Positions 1 through 8,787 of a DNA stretch of 64,000 bases are shown in pieces; the first letter of the stretch is position 1; every line of letters begins with the position of its first letter. This DNA comes from Phycisphaerae bacterium (GTDB taxonomy: Bacteria; Planctomycetota; Phycisphaerae; UBA1845; Fen-1342): assembly GCA_963675745.2 (NCBI GenBank), contig CAXXWX010000019.1, forward strand, positions 384,001-448,000, written 5' to 3'. The position numbers and the translations under genes were made by a program. Below the pieces are notes generated by a model. The model worked only from the letters and a program-made list of their open reading frames with translations. It ran no database searches and was not told where the DNA came from.

Positions 1-2396
1 GCGGATTCGCGCGACAGCGACAGACGCGCAATCTCCTCGGTGCCTTGTCGCACGGTAATGACCGGCTCTTGCAGGAGCGTCTGCCCGTGAGGATCAAACC
101 AGCCCAGCATCACTCGCAGCGCCGCTCCGACCCGCGCGTCCGCCGGCTCGTGCCGCAGCCAGGCGTGTGGCGCCGCTGCACGCATCAGCTCGTAGTCGCG
201 TGACCGCGCGGCTCGCCCATCCCACCCTCTGTTGAGCGTCCACACGCCGACCGCCATCGGCCCCGGGGGGAGTTCGAGCTGTTCGAGGAACACGTCGAAA
301 GCCCCCTTGTCGCTGTCCTTGCCGTGCGTATGGAACTCGGCCGGCAGTATCGGCGTCGGCGGGCGGTTATCCGCGGAGGTGGGCAGTCCCAGGAACCGGA
401 TCACGCCGCCGATCCCGCGGTGGCACATTTCCCGTGACCATGGATAGCGCGCCGTTGTCTGTCCGCGCACATGATGATCCCACGGTTCGCTCGGTGGTGA
501 GACGGTCGTCGTAACGTCGAGCGGTGATGGATCGAGCGGCGTAACGGCAAAGGTGAAACGCCCCAGCACATTCGTCAGCACGTGGCCGTTATAACGCAGC
601 ACGACGCGCTGCACACTGTCCGCCAGCTTGTCGCCGATCGGCACCTCCACGTCGAACATCCCGACCGCATCGAGCGCCACAGGTTGTTCGAGCGCAACAA
701 CGTCCATCGCGTCGCGCAGCTCCAGCGATGCGGTGGCCCCCGCGAGGTTGGCCGGGTGTCCGGTTGCGGATAGAAGCTGGCCGGCCAGGCGTTTCACGCT
801 GCCGGGCGGCGCGGGGGCGGCCGCACCGATCACGATGGCCTGCGTCGGACGATTGTCCGGCCCCGGCCGCGGCGGCAGTTGCCCCGCGCACAGTGCCGGG
901 TTTCCGCCGACATCGAGCAGGCAAACCCAGCGTTTGTCGCGAAACACGCGGGCTTCACCCGGCAGCGCGAATGTGCCCATACCGTCGGCGATACTGACCC
1001 TGGTGGGGACAAAAGACCCACGCATCCAGAAGAGCGCCCGCCCGTCATTTGGAACCAGTTCGCCGGTGCGCGCGCGAGGGTTGGTCCAGACCAGCGCGCG
1101 CCGAGCGCCGGCAACCACCGTGGCCTGGATCCCGCTGAGCACGACGAGCGCCCTGGATTCGAGCACGTGGCCGGAAGCGGTGTGCGCACTGGCAATGACG
1201 ACGTATGCGCCCGGCCCGGCCTGGAGCATCGCGGCATCGGTGGGCTGCCACCAATCATACTGACGCGTGGGCCGCGTCGTGTATTCTTGACGCACTTGCA
1301 GCGCGCCGGACGCCGGCAAGCGTGACGTATCGAGTTGTCCCTGGTGTTCGGTGAGCCAGCCTTCCAAATCAACGGCGCGTACCTCGAGGGTCACGGCCCC
1401 TACATTCCTGGCGCGCAGCTTGATTGGGAGCGGCACGTTTGGCGGCGCCGTGGCGGGAGTGTCGATTACGAGTTGGGGGCGTGTGACCGACGCGGCGGCA
1501 CGCTCCGCCGTCGCCGCCGCCGGCCCGAGACCCGACGCGGCCACACTGCGATACAGATTCAGCGCTTCCGTCCATTGCCCATCCTGCTCACGTAACGCGC
1601 CAAGTTTGAGCTTGGCCTCCGCAATCGCGACGTTGCGCGCATCACGGCCGGCCAATGCCTCGAGCAGCGTTCGACCCTCGCCGGCGCGTGCGGCGTCGCC
1701 CATCAGCAACTGCGCCAAGGTCAGGTCGATCTGATCCAGCGCGATCTGACCGCCGTTCAGATCGGCGGCTCTGGTGCGCAAGTCGCGAATCCGCTCGACG
1801 CGGATGAGCATGGCTTCGTCGGCGTTGTCGGGGCGCCGGGCCTGTAGATTGGGTGTCGTCGGCCATTCGTTGTGGATGGCCCATACTCGTGCCTGTGCGG
1901 CGAGCGCGACGGCGCGGCGCGCGCTCATCCCGCGGCGCATAAACTCATCAGCGGCTTGCTGCAACAAGCCCAGCGCGGCGCTGGTTTCGTGCAACGTGGC
2001 CTTGCCGACCCCCATCGCCAGCAGCACTTCCGGTCGCCCGGCCAGCGTCGGGTCATCGTCCGCTGCGCCGCTGACCAGCGCGGCGCCGAGCTCAACGTCT
2101 TTCCGCGTGTCCCCGCCCAGCAGGCACAGACCGCGAATGACCTCGGCCTCGCGCAGCACGCGCGGATCGCGGCTGTGCCGCGCCAACGTGTTGCACAACC
2201 GCCACGCCTCCCTACAGCGGCCGGCCACATATAGTTGTAGTGCGTCGCGCACCTCGACGGCCCATTCACCTCGCGGATCCACATCGGCAGCCTGTCCCCG
2301 CGCGGTGGGGGACAGTTGTGCCAGCAGGATGCTCAATAGAATCGGCGTCAACGCCGGCCGACGACTCGGCCGGAGACGGATACAGCGCTGAGTCAT
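1..2396 (-). CDS. Large secreted protein with TPR-like N-terminus and macroglobulin (MG)-like domains; alpha-2-macroglobulin-like, runs off the left window edge
   Basis: Not in the ORF track because it has no stop inside the window. Manual translation from ATG 2396 gives MTQRCIRLRPSRRPALTPILLSILLAQLSPTARGQ (signal-peptide-like), then a helical region. The same frame, spot-checked at ~1250, ~780 and ~480, gives 'GPGAYVVIASAH...RALVVLSGIQATVV' and 'ASLELRDAMDVVALEQPVALDAVGMFDVEVPI', which resemble A2M MG1/MG2 segments. Confidence 0.6.
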   Translation of the reverse strand, partial: MTQRCIRLRPSRRPALTPILLSILLAQLSPTARGQAADVDPRGEWAVEVRDALQLYVAGRCREAWRLCNTLARHSRDPRVLREAEVIRGLCLLGGDTRKDVELGAALVSGAADDDPTLAGRPEVLLAMGVGKATLHETSAALGLLQQAADEFMRRGMSARRAVALAAQARVWAIHNEWPTTPNLQARRPDNADEAMLIRVERIRDLRTRAADLNGGQIALDQIDLTLAQLLMGDAARAGEGRTLLEALAGRDARNVAIAEAKLKLGALREQDGQWTEALNLYRSVAASGLGPAAATAERAAASVTRPQLVIDTPATAPPNVPLPIKLRARNVGAVTLEVRAVDLEGWLTEHQGQLDTSRLPASGALQVRQEYTTRPTRQYDWWQPTDAAMLQAGPGAYVVIASAHTASGHVLESRALVVLSGIQATVVAGARRALVWTNPRARTGELVPNDGRALFWMRGSFVPTRVSIADGMGTFALPGEARVFRDKRWVCLLDVGGNPALCAGQLPPRPGPDNRPTQAIVIGAAAPAPPGSVKRLAGQLLSATGHPANLAGATASLELRDAMDVVALEQPVALDAVGMFDVEVPIGDKLADSVQRVVLRYNGHVLTNVLGRFTFAVTPLDPSPLDVTTTVSPPSEPWDHHVRGQTTARYPWSREMCHRGIGGVIRFLGLPTSADNRPPTPILPAEFHTHGKDSDKGAFDVFLEQLELPPGPMAVGVWTLNRGWDGRAARSRDYELMRAAAPHAWLRHEPADARVGAALRVMLGWFDPHGQTLLQEPVITVRQGTEEIARLSLSRES

Positions 2397-2456
2397 TGCG
2401 TCTCCACGATAGCTTGTCGTGCGATACATCCTACGCGAGCTGGCAAGCCCCCGTTT

Positions 2457-3416
2457 TCAGCGGGCGCGGACAAACTCCTCGCGGGCCACTTCGGCGCATG
2501 GCAATAGTGGTGCTATGTCCGCGAGAAAGCGCTGCGCGTCGGTGTAGTAACCCGCGGTGGGGGCCAGATCGGGAAGCCGGCGACGCCAGTACTCATTGAA
2601 GCGCGCCATCAACAGCTCGCGCACATACTTCGCCAGCATGCTCGCCAACGCCACCGGCAGATGCTGCCGATCGGCGCCCGTGACAAACTCGCACGTCCAG
2701 GTTGTGTCATCATCAGTTAGCTCATAAACGCTCCGCGCCGCGGATTCGCCGACGATCCGCAGACGGCGCGCCGGGAAAGCGGCCATCAGCACGTCGGCAT
2801 AGTGGCCGCGACCGCCGAGCCGATCGACAACGACGCACACCGGTCCACGCCCGGCCGCCGCGACCGCGCGGGCAATCACGCGCAACACGTGTTCCAGCAG
2901 CACGCTGGCCTTGTTACGTGTCTGCATCAGGCGCCGGTTGTAGCGATCCTCGGCAACAACCTCGGCCAACAGCGAGCGGCAGGTGACGCCTGTGGTTGCC
3001 ATGATTCCGCCGACTTGCGCCAGGAGTTGATCAGAAGCCGCCTGCTTGGCGTCACGGGGGAGTGCCAACTGCGCATCGGCGTACCAGGGGAGCCCGCTCA
3101 GGTCCGTTGGCGACACGCCCAGCGCGGCGAGCAATCCGTCCGCCGTATCGCAAGGGAGTCCGCACACGCGGGCCAGTCCGAGCACGCCGCGCTCGAGCGT
3201 GCCGATGCCGCCGCTGCGCTGGTAAATCTGCTTGGAGTCGCCGATCGGAAGACGCCACTCACCCTTGCGGCGTTTGCGCGCGATACAGCCTTCCAGCGGC
3301 TGCCAGAGGTCGGTTCCGACCAGCTCGGGGGTGACAGTCCAGACGCTGGCCCCGACCACCAACGGTCCCAGCAACGGTCCATACCCGGCCTCGTCGACTC
3401 CGACCACCAGCGGCAT
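2457..3416 (-). CDS. Ribonuclease HII-like protein
   Basis: Motifs GVDEAGYGPLLGPLVV, DSK, VALASMLAKYVRE and GY. ATG 3416 lies 2 nt after the mlaE stop. Confidence 0.8.
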   Translation of the reverse strand: MPLVVGVDEAGYGPLLGPLVVGASVWTVTPELVGTDLWQPLEGCIARKRRKGEWRLPIGDSKQIYQRSGGIGTLERGVLGLARVCGLPCDTADGLLAALGVSPTDLSGLPWYADAQLALPRDAKQAASDQLLAQVGGIMATTGVTCRSLLAEVVAEDRYNRRLMQTRNKASVLLEHVLRVIARAVAAAGRGPVCVVVDRLGGRGHYADVLMAAFPARRLRIVGESAARSVYELTDDDTTWTCEFVTGADRQHLPVALASMLAKYVRELLMARFNEYWRRRLPDLAPTAGYYTDAQRFLADIAPLLPCAEVAREEFVRAR

Positions 3417-3418
3417 GT

Positions 3419-4276
3419 TCACCACCCCAGCGCATAGAAGACGGCGGTGAACAGGCAGTCGGCGCCGATCAGGGCCACGATGCACTTCACGACGGTTACC
3501 GTTGTTGCCCGGCCGACGCCCTCTGCGCCGCCCTGCACATTGAGCCCTTCATAGCACGCCAGGCTGGCGATGATCATCCCAAAGACGCCGCCTTTGAAGA
3601 GGCCCGTGAAATAGTCCGTGAGGTCGACCGAAGCCTGCGTCAGCTCGATGTAGGTCTGTGGGGGGACACCCAGTATGACCGTGCCGGTCAGGTAGCCGCC
3701 GGCCACACCGGCGACGTCCGCCAGCACGGTCAGGCCGACCAGCATCACGGTGGTGGCCACGATGCGCGGCACGACCAGAAAACGGATGGGGTCGAGGGCG
3801 TGGGCGCGCAGCGCCTTGATCTCCTCACCTTCGACCATGGTACCCAGTTCGGCGGCGATCGAGGCGCCGGCGAAGCCGCTCAGGATGATGGCGCTGATCA
3901 GCGGGCCGAGCTCGCGCACGATGGCGATGGCGACGACGTCAGCCACGCGTTCGAGCTGGCCATAGAGCTCCAGCGTTGGGGCCAGATTCAGCCCCAGGAT
4001 GATGCCGATGAAAATCTGCACGAGGATCACGATGGGGATACTGCGCACGCCCACGCGAACCGCCTGGGCGACCAGTGCCTCGAGGCGGATGCGCACACCC
4101 TGTCGCGTGATCCAGCGCAGCAGACGGTTGCCCACCGCGCCGAGCAGGCGCACCAGGCCGCCGGTGTAAACCACGACACTGGACAGGTTGGCCAGTTGCG
4201 CGCGAACCACGCCCCCCAGCGCCTCGGGGCCGCGGCGCCAGAAGTTTTGCGACGCTGGTTCCGGAGCGGAGCTCAT
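3419..4276 (-). CDS. mlaE: MlaE-family ABC transporter permease
   Basis: RELGPLISAIILSGFAGASIAAELGTM...EEIKALRAHALDPIRFLVVPR and GGAEGVGRATT signatures. Confidence 0.92.
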   Translation of the reverse strand: MSSAPEPASQNFWRRGPEALGGVVRAQLANLSSVVVYTGGLVRLLGAVGNRLLRWITRQGVRIRLEALVAQAVRVGVRSIPIVILVQIFIGIILGLNLAPTLELYGQLERVADVVAIAIVRELGPLISAIILSGFAGASIAAELGTMVEGEEIKALRAHALDPIRFLVVPRIVATTVMLVGLTVLADVAGVAGGYLTGTVILGVPPQTYIELTQASVDLTDYFTGLFKGGVFGMIIASLACYEGLNVQGGAEGVGRATTVTVVKCIVALIGADCLFTAVFYALGW

Positions 4277-4623
4277 GCCTGACGGGCGTCCTCCACGGTC
4301 TCGGCGATGGTAAAGAACCTGTCAAGTTGCGTGATCTCGAACAAGCTGCGAACGCGCGGGCGCAGGCCGGCGAGAACGAGGCGTCCGCCGGCTTGCTCCG
4401 CTCGGCGCTTGGCCTCAACAACCGTCCCGACGCCCGAAGAGTCCATATACTCCACACCCTTCAGGTCGACGATGACACGCGCCGGCTTCCGCTCCAGGGC
4501 TTCCAGCAACGCGGCGCGCAGTTGCGGGGAACTGTGCATGTCGATCTCGCCGACGATGCTGACGACGACTCCGGCTTCGTCATCAGACGTATCGATGGCC
4601 AGCCTGTCGTCGCGGTTGCTCAT
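4273..4623 (-). CDS. STAS-domain anti-sigma factor antagonist (RsbV/SpoIIAA-like)
   Basis: GEIDMHSSPQLR...VDLKGVEYMDSSGVG with the phospho-acceptor Ser motif; ITQLDRFF. Confidence 0.92.
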   Translation of the reverse strand: MSNRDDRLAIDTSDDEAGVVVSIVGEIDMHSSPQLRAALLEALERKPARVIVDLKGVEYMDSSGVGTVVEAKRRAEQAGGRLVLAGLRPRVRSLFEITQLDRFFTIAETVEDARQA

Positions 4624-5087
4624 CAGCCGTTACCCTCCTGCTCGTTGGCCTGCGCGACGTGTCGCTTTGACTTGCGCATTACCAGCAGCACGCCGCCGCC
4701 CTCGGCGTGTGTGTACTCCACGGATTCCATCATGGCGCGTATCAGGTGGACCCCCAGCCCGCCCGGGCGCACCTCGTCCAGGTCGCGACCGCAGATTTCC
4801 TTGAGATTGACATTGGTGCTGAAATCTCGGATGCGCACTTCGAGCCCTTCACCCTTGCCCGGATGCTCCGCGCGGCGCAGGGAAAACTCGATGGTCTTGC
4901 CCGGCTTGCCGCCATATCCGTGGCGAATGACGTTTATGAGAGCCTCATCGATCGCCAGAACCACGTCGCCGACCTGCCGTTCGCTCCACCCGTGACGCCC
5001 GGCCCAATCGCGCACTTGTCGGCGCACACCGGTCAGGACCGCCGCGTCACTCGGCAACTGCATGGCAAGTTCATCAGGATCCATCAC
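4623..5087 (-). CDS. Anti-sigma factor / Ser kinase (RsbW/SpoIIAB-like HATPase_c)
   Basis: LAIDEALINVIRHGY (N box), IRD, GGLGVHLIRAMM (G2 box). Confidence 0.9.
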   Translation of the reverse strand: MMDPDELAMQLPSDAAVLTGVRRQVRDWAGRHGWSERQVGDVVLAIDEALINVIRHGYGGKPGKTIEFSLRRAEHPGKGEGLEVRIRDFSTNVNLKEICGRDLDEVRPGGLGVHLIRAMMESVEYTHAEGGGVLLVMRKSKRHVAQANEQEGNG

Positions 5088-5500
5088 GGTTTCCGCGTGC
5101 TCCGTGTCGAGTTGGATGAGTCCGCCGCACCTGCGCCGGGTCGCGCGGTGATCACAATCTCACCGCGCTGCAGCGCCTCTTGCCAGCGCTGCACGGCGGC
5201 GGCCCGTTCGGCCGCGTTACCATAGTAATGGTAGCCGTGATCGGTGCCGACAAGACGCTGCAAGGCCAGAATAGCGTACATGCGCACGGCCGGATCTTCA
5301 TCCTCCAGCAGGGCGACAAGACCGTCGATGGCTGCTGGATCGCCGGCGTCGGCGCGCCGCACGGTGGCCTGGGCGCGTTCGTACGGGTTCGTCGAGGTCA
5401 TGCGCTCGCCGCCGGTAGCGCGACAACCGGCGGGTGCCGCGCACATTCCCGCGAGCAACGGGAACAGGATCATCAGCCTCCGGCCGTCCCAGACTGTCAT
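5084..5500 (-). CDS. HEAT-repeat lipoprotein
   Basis: Hydrophobic signal ending in APAGC; HEAT repeat AIDGLVALLEDEDPAVRMYAILALQRLVG. Start could be 5500 or 5572. Confidence 0.7.
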   Translation of the reverse strand: MTVWDGRRLMILFPLLAGMCAAPAGCRATGGERMTSTNPYERAQATVRRADAGDPAAIDGLVALLEDEDPAVRMYAILALQRLVGTDHGYHYYGNAAERAAAVQRWQEALQRGEIVITARPGAGAADSSNSTRSTRKP

Positions 5501-5568
5501 GCCCGCATTATAGAAGTAATCCGTCGGTCGCCAATGACGCGTGCGCGCGTTGCGGGTCGGAAGGCGGC

Positions 5569-6249
5569 TCATCGCAGCTCAACCAGTCGGCGGAAATCTT
5601 CCACCGCCAACTCGTGTACGCCGCTGACGACATGGTGTGCCCGGCCGACGCGCGCCGGCGGGCCAATGCCAATGACCGCCATACCGGCGGCCAATCCGGC
5701 TTCGACGCCGGCGGCGGCGTCCTCAACAACTACGCAGCGCGCCGGCTCGCGCCGCAGGCGACCGGCGGCCGTCAAGAACACCTCGGGGTCTGGCTTAGAG
5801 TGTTTAATGTCATTCCCGTCCACCACGGCATCGAACAGGTCACCAATCTGGAGGCGGTCCACCACCAGTTGGCCGTTCTTGCTCGCCGACGCCAACGCGA
5901 CACCAAGCCCCGCCTTGCGCAGATCACACAACAGTTGATGGGCGCCGTCGAACAGGTCGGCCGGCGTCATCCGCGCCACCAGGCCGCGGTATTCCTCGTT
6001 CTTGCGGTCGGCAATATCACGTTTCTGGGCGTCACTGAAGTCGCCGGCGTGTTCGCCGAGCATCAGATCGCAACTGATCATGCGCGTGACGCCGCGTAAG
6101 GCTTCGTTCTTCTCGCGATCGAATTTGACGCCAAGGTCGCGCGCCACCACGACCCAACTCTGAAAGTGCAGCTCGGCGGTGTCGGTCAACACGCCGTCCA
6201 GATCGAAGATCGCCGCTGGTGCCTGCCTGCTGCTGTCGTGATCGGTCAT
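5569..6249 (-). CDS. HAD-family hydrolase, beta-phosphoglucomutase-like
   Basis: FDLDGVLTDT (motif I), ASAS, KPDPEVF, VVEDAAAG. Real start probably MTDHD at 6249. Confidence 0.88.
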   Translation of the reverse strand: MTDHDSSRQAPAAIFDLDGVLTDTAELHFQSWVVVARDLGVKFDREKNEALRGVTRMISCDLMLGEHAGDFSDAQKRDIADRKNEEYRGLVARMTPADLFDGAHQLLCDLRKAGLGVALASASKNGQLVVDRLQIGDLFDAVVDGNDIKHSKPDPEVFLTAAGRLRREPARCVVVEDAAAGVEAGLAAGMAVIGIGPPARVGRAHHVVSGVHELAVEDFRRLVELR

Positions 6250-6442
6250 TGCGCTACCGGCTCCGTGGCGCGGGCTGTCCGGTCTGATCGCCGGAGCGTG
6301 TTTCATCTTAGCAGAGGCTCGCCAACGGGGGCAAATCGCCGCCATCGACCCGCTTGGCGGTCCTGTTGTGCTTTGCCCTTCTTGACCGCCGGCGGATAAT
6401 GGCAGTGTAGCCCGGACGCCGCCATTGCTGGAGACCGTTACC

Positions 6443-7688
6443 ATGCGTGACCAGACGACTGGAAGATCATGCTGTGTGGGCCATGGCGTCATGGCGGCGT
6501 TGTTTCTCGCGCACGCCCTGATCGGCTGCGTGCCAAGCTCACCCATCCCCACCGGGATTTGGCAACGCCATACGATCAGCGACGAATTCACCGGCGCCGA
6601 CGGCGTCAAGCTCGGCGATGTGAACAGCGATGGCCGGCTTGACCTCGTCGTGCCGTGGGAAGAGAGCGGGGCCGTCTCAATACACGTGAACCCGGGGCCG
6701 GACCTGGCGTGGCTGCCGTGGCCGAGCGCGCGCGTCGGCACCGTTGCATCGCCCGAAGACGCTGTCTTTTTCGATGTTGACCGCGACGGACGCACCGACG
6801 TCGTCACCTGCTGTGAGGGGGATAACGCGACCGTCTATGTGCATTGGGCGCCCGAGAAGATTGACCGGCTGCTGGAGGCCGAGGCATGGGTAACCGAACC
6901 ATTCCCCGCCACGGCCGGCCAACACCAGTGGATGTTCTGCCAGCCCGCGCAGATCGACGGAGAGGACGGCGTCGACTTGTTCATCGGGTCCAAGGGTGAC
7001 GACGGCGTCATTGGCTGGCTCGAGGCGCCCGCCGACCCCAACCGGCTGCGGCTCTGGCAGTGGCGCGACATCCGCTCGGCTCAGTGGACCATGTCGTTGG
7101 TGCCCATTGACCTGAACGCCGATGGAAGCGTCGATCTGCTCTGTCTCCGATCGCAAGGGTGACAACCAGGGCGTGTACGCGATGCTCAATCCGGGCAACG
7201 GCCTCGCCCAGCAACTGCCCTGGCCCGGCCAGCGGGTCAATCCCGATCAGCGCGAGTTCATGTTCATCGATACGGGCGACCTCGACGGAGATGGCCAGCT
7301 TGACCTGGTCGCCGCCACCTCTCGGCGTGAGCTGATCTGGCTGCGCGCCATGCCCGTGCCCGGGGCCACGTGGACGGCCAGCACAATCGAGCTGCCCGAC
7401 GGGTTTGGCAAGACCAAGGGCGTGCGAATTGCCGACATCGATCGCGATCAGCAGGCTGACATCGTGTTTACGTGCGAAGACGCCTCAGGCAAGGCCGGCG
7501 TCGGATGGGCCCGACGCGTAGGACAGGGCTACACCGCGCTCTGGCAGACCTACGCCATCAGCGACGACGCCGGCAGCAAGTTCGACCTGGTGCAGGTTCT
7601 CGACCTGGACGACGACGGCGATCTGGACGTAATCACCTGCGAAGAGTCCACCGGGCTGGGTGTCGTATGGTACGAAAACCCGCTGTAG
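6443..7688 (+). pseudogene. FG-GAP/VCBS-repeat beta-propeller lipoprotein, frameshifted at ~7142
   Basis: DVNSDGRLDLV, DVDRDGRTDVV and DLNADGSVDLL in ORF 6425-7162 continue as VSDRKG...DLDGDGQLDLV, DIDRDQQADIV and DLDDDGDLDVI in ORF 7122-7688. May be a sequencing error rather than a true pseudogene. Confidence 0.75.
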
Positions 7689-7708
7689 CCAACGCCGCAT
7701 AACGCGCT

Positions 7709-8016
7709 CGCGCACGCCGTGGCGGCCGCCCCCCGTGGCGGCCGTGAAGCGCCGGGAGGCAACTTCAACGCCGACTGCAGTCGGGGGACGGTCGCTCTTG
7801 GGCGCGTGACACAACCTGTGGATCGTAGCCATACCGTCCCGCAGGGACGTGGTGAACATAGCCCAGCACGAAGTGCTGGGGCAATTGCGGCCACGTGAAA
7901 ACCGAGTCCCGCAGGGACGGCTGAGCTTTCAGTCGTCCCTGCGGGACTGGCGGTCCAGGTGCGCGATCCAGACCCAGCACTGCGTGCTGGGCTGCATTCA
8001 AATGTCCCGTCGGGAC
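7709..8016. repeat. ~310-bp repeat copy 1, containing a REPIN-like inverted element (7836-8016)
   Basis: Aligns by eye with 10981-11290. Central 20-bp stem AGTCCCGCAGGGACGGCTGA-gctt-TCAGTCGTCCCTGCGGGACT at 7905-7948, flanked by CCCAGCAC..GTGCTGGG hairpins. Confidence 0.9.
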
Positions 8017-8190
8017 AGACATGTAAGAACAACAGGCGAGCAGTCGCTGCCGATCACGTCACGCGCCCGCCGCGTATCTCCGCGCCGCGTCTGACTTTGA
8101 TTCCGCGCGCCGTGCGCTTATGCTGGCGGTCACGCAACTCCAGGGAGTCAAGGCGCCGCCGCGCGCGGGAGGACACGCTTGGCGAATGAG

Positions 8191-8760
8191 ATGACACCGG
8201 GGCGCTTCATCGCCAAATGGCAGCGGGCCGAGCTGTCCGAGCGGGCGGCATCGCAGGAGCACTTCATCGACCTCTGCCGCATGCTCGGTCAACCCACGCC
8301 AGCCGAGGAAGACTCCACCGGCGTGGAATACACGTTTGAAAAGGGCGTCAGCGTAACCGGCGCGGCCTCCGCCGGCTCAAAGGGCGAGTACGGTTTCGCC
8401 GACGTCTGGTGGCGTGGCAAGTTTGCCTGGGAGTACAAGCGCAAGGGCAAGTACCAGGACCTCGGCGACGCCTACCGCCAGCTTTGCCAGTATCGCGAGG
8501 CGCTGGAGAATCCGCCGCTGCTGATCGTCAGCGACATCGCCCGCATCCAGATTCACACCAACTTCACCGGCACCAAGAAAGAAATCCACGAAATCCCGCT
8601 CGACGGCATCGGGCACCCGGACCACCTCGACAAGCTCCGCCGCATCTTCACCGCTCCGCGGTCATTCAAGCCGTCGCAGACGACATGGAAGCTCACCGAG
8701 GCGGTTGCCGCCGAGTTCGCCAAGATCGCCGACCAACTCCGACTTGCCGCCACATTGTGA
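8191..8760 (+). pseudogene. N-terminal fragment of an MmeI-like (type IIL/IIG) restriction-methylase
   Basis: FIAKW..SERAASQEHFIDLCRMLG..YTFEKG..GFADVWWRGKFAWEYK..AYRQLCQYREALENPPLLIVSD..IHTNFT (PD-(D/E)xK-type N-terminus). Stops after ~190 aa, before the MTase domain. Confidence 0.82.
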
Positions 8761-8787
8761 GCGCGGCCTCAGGGCGAGATGTCGAGA

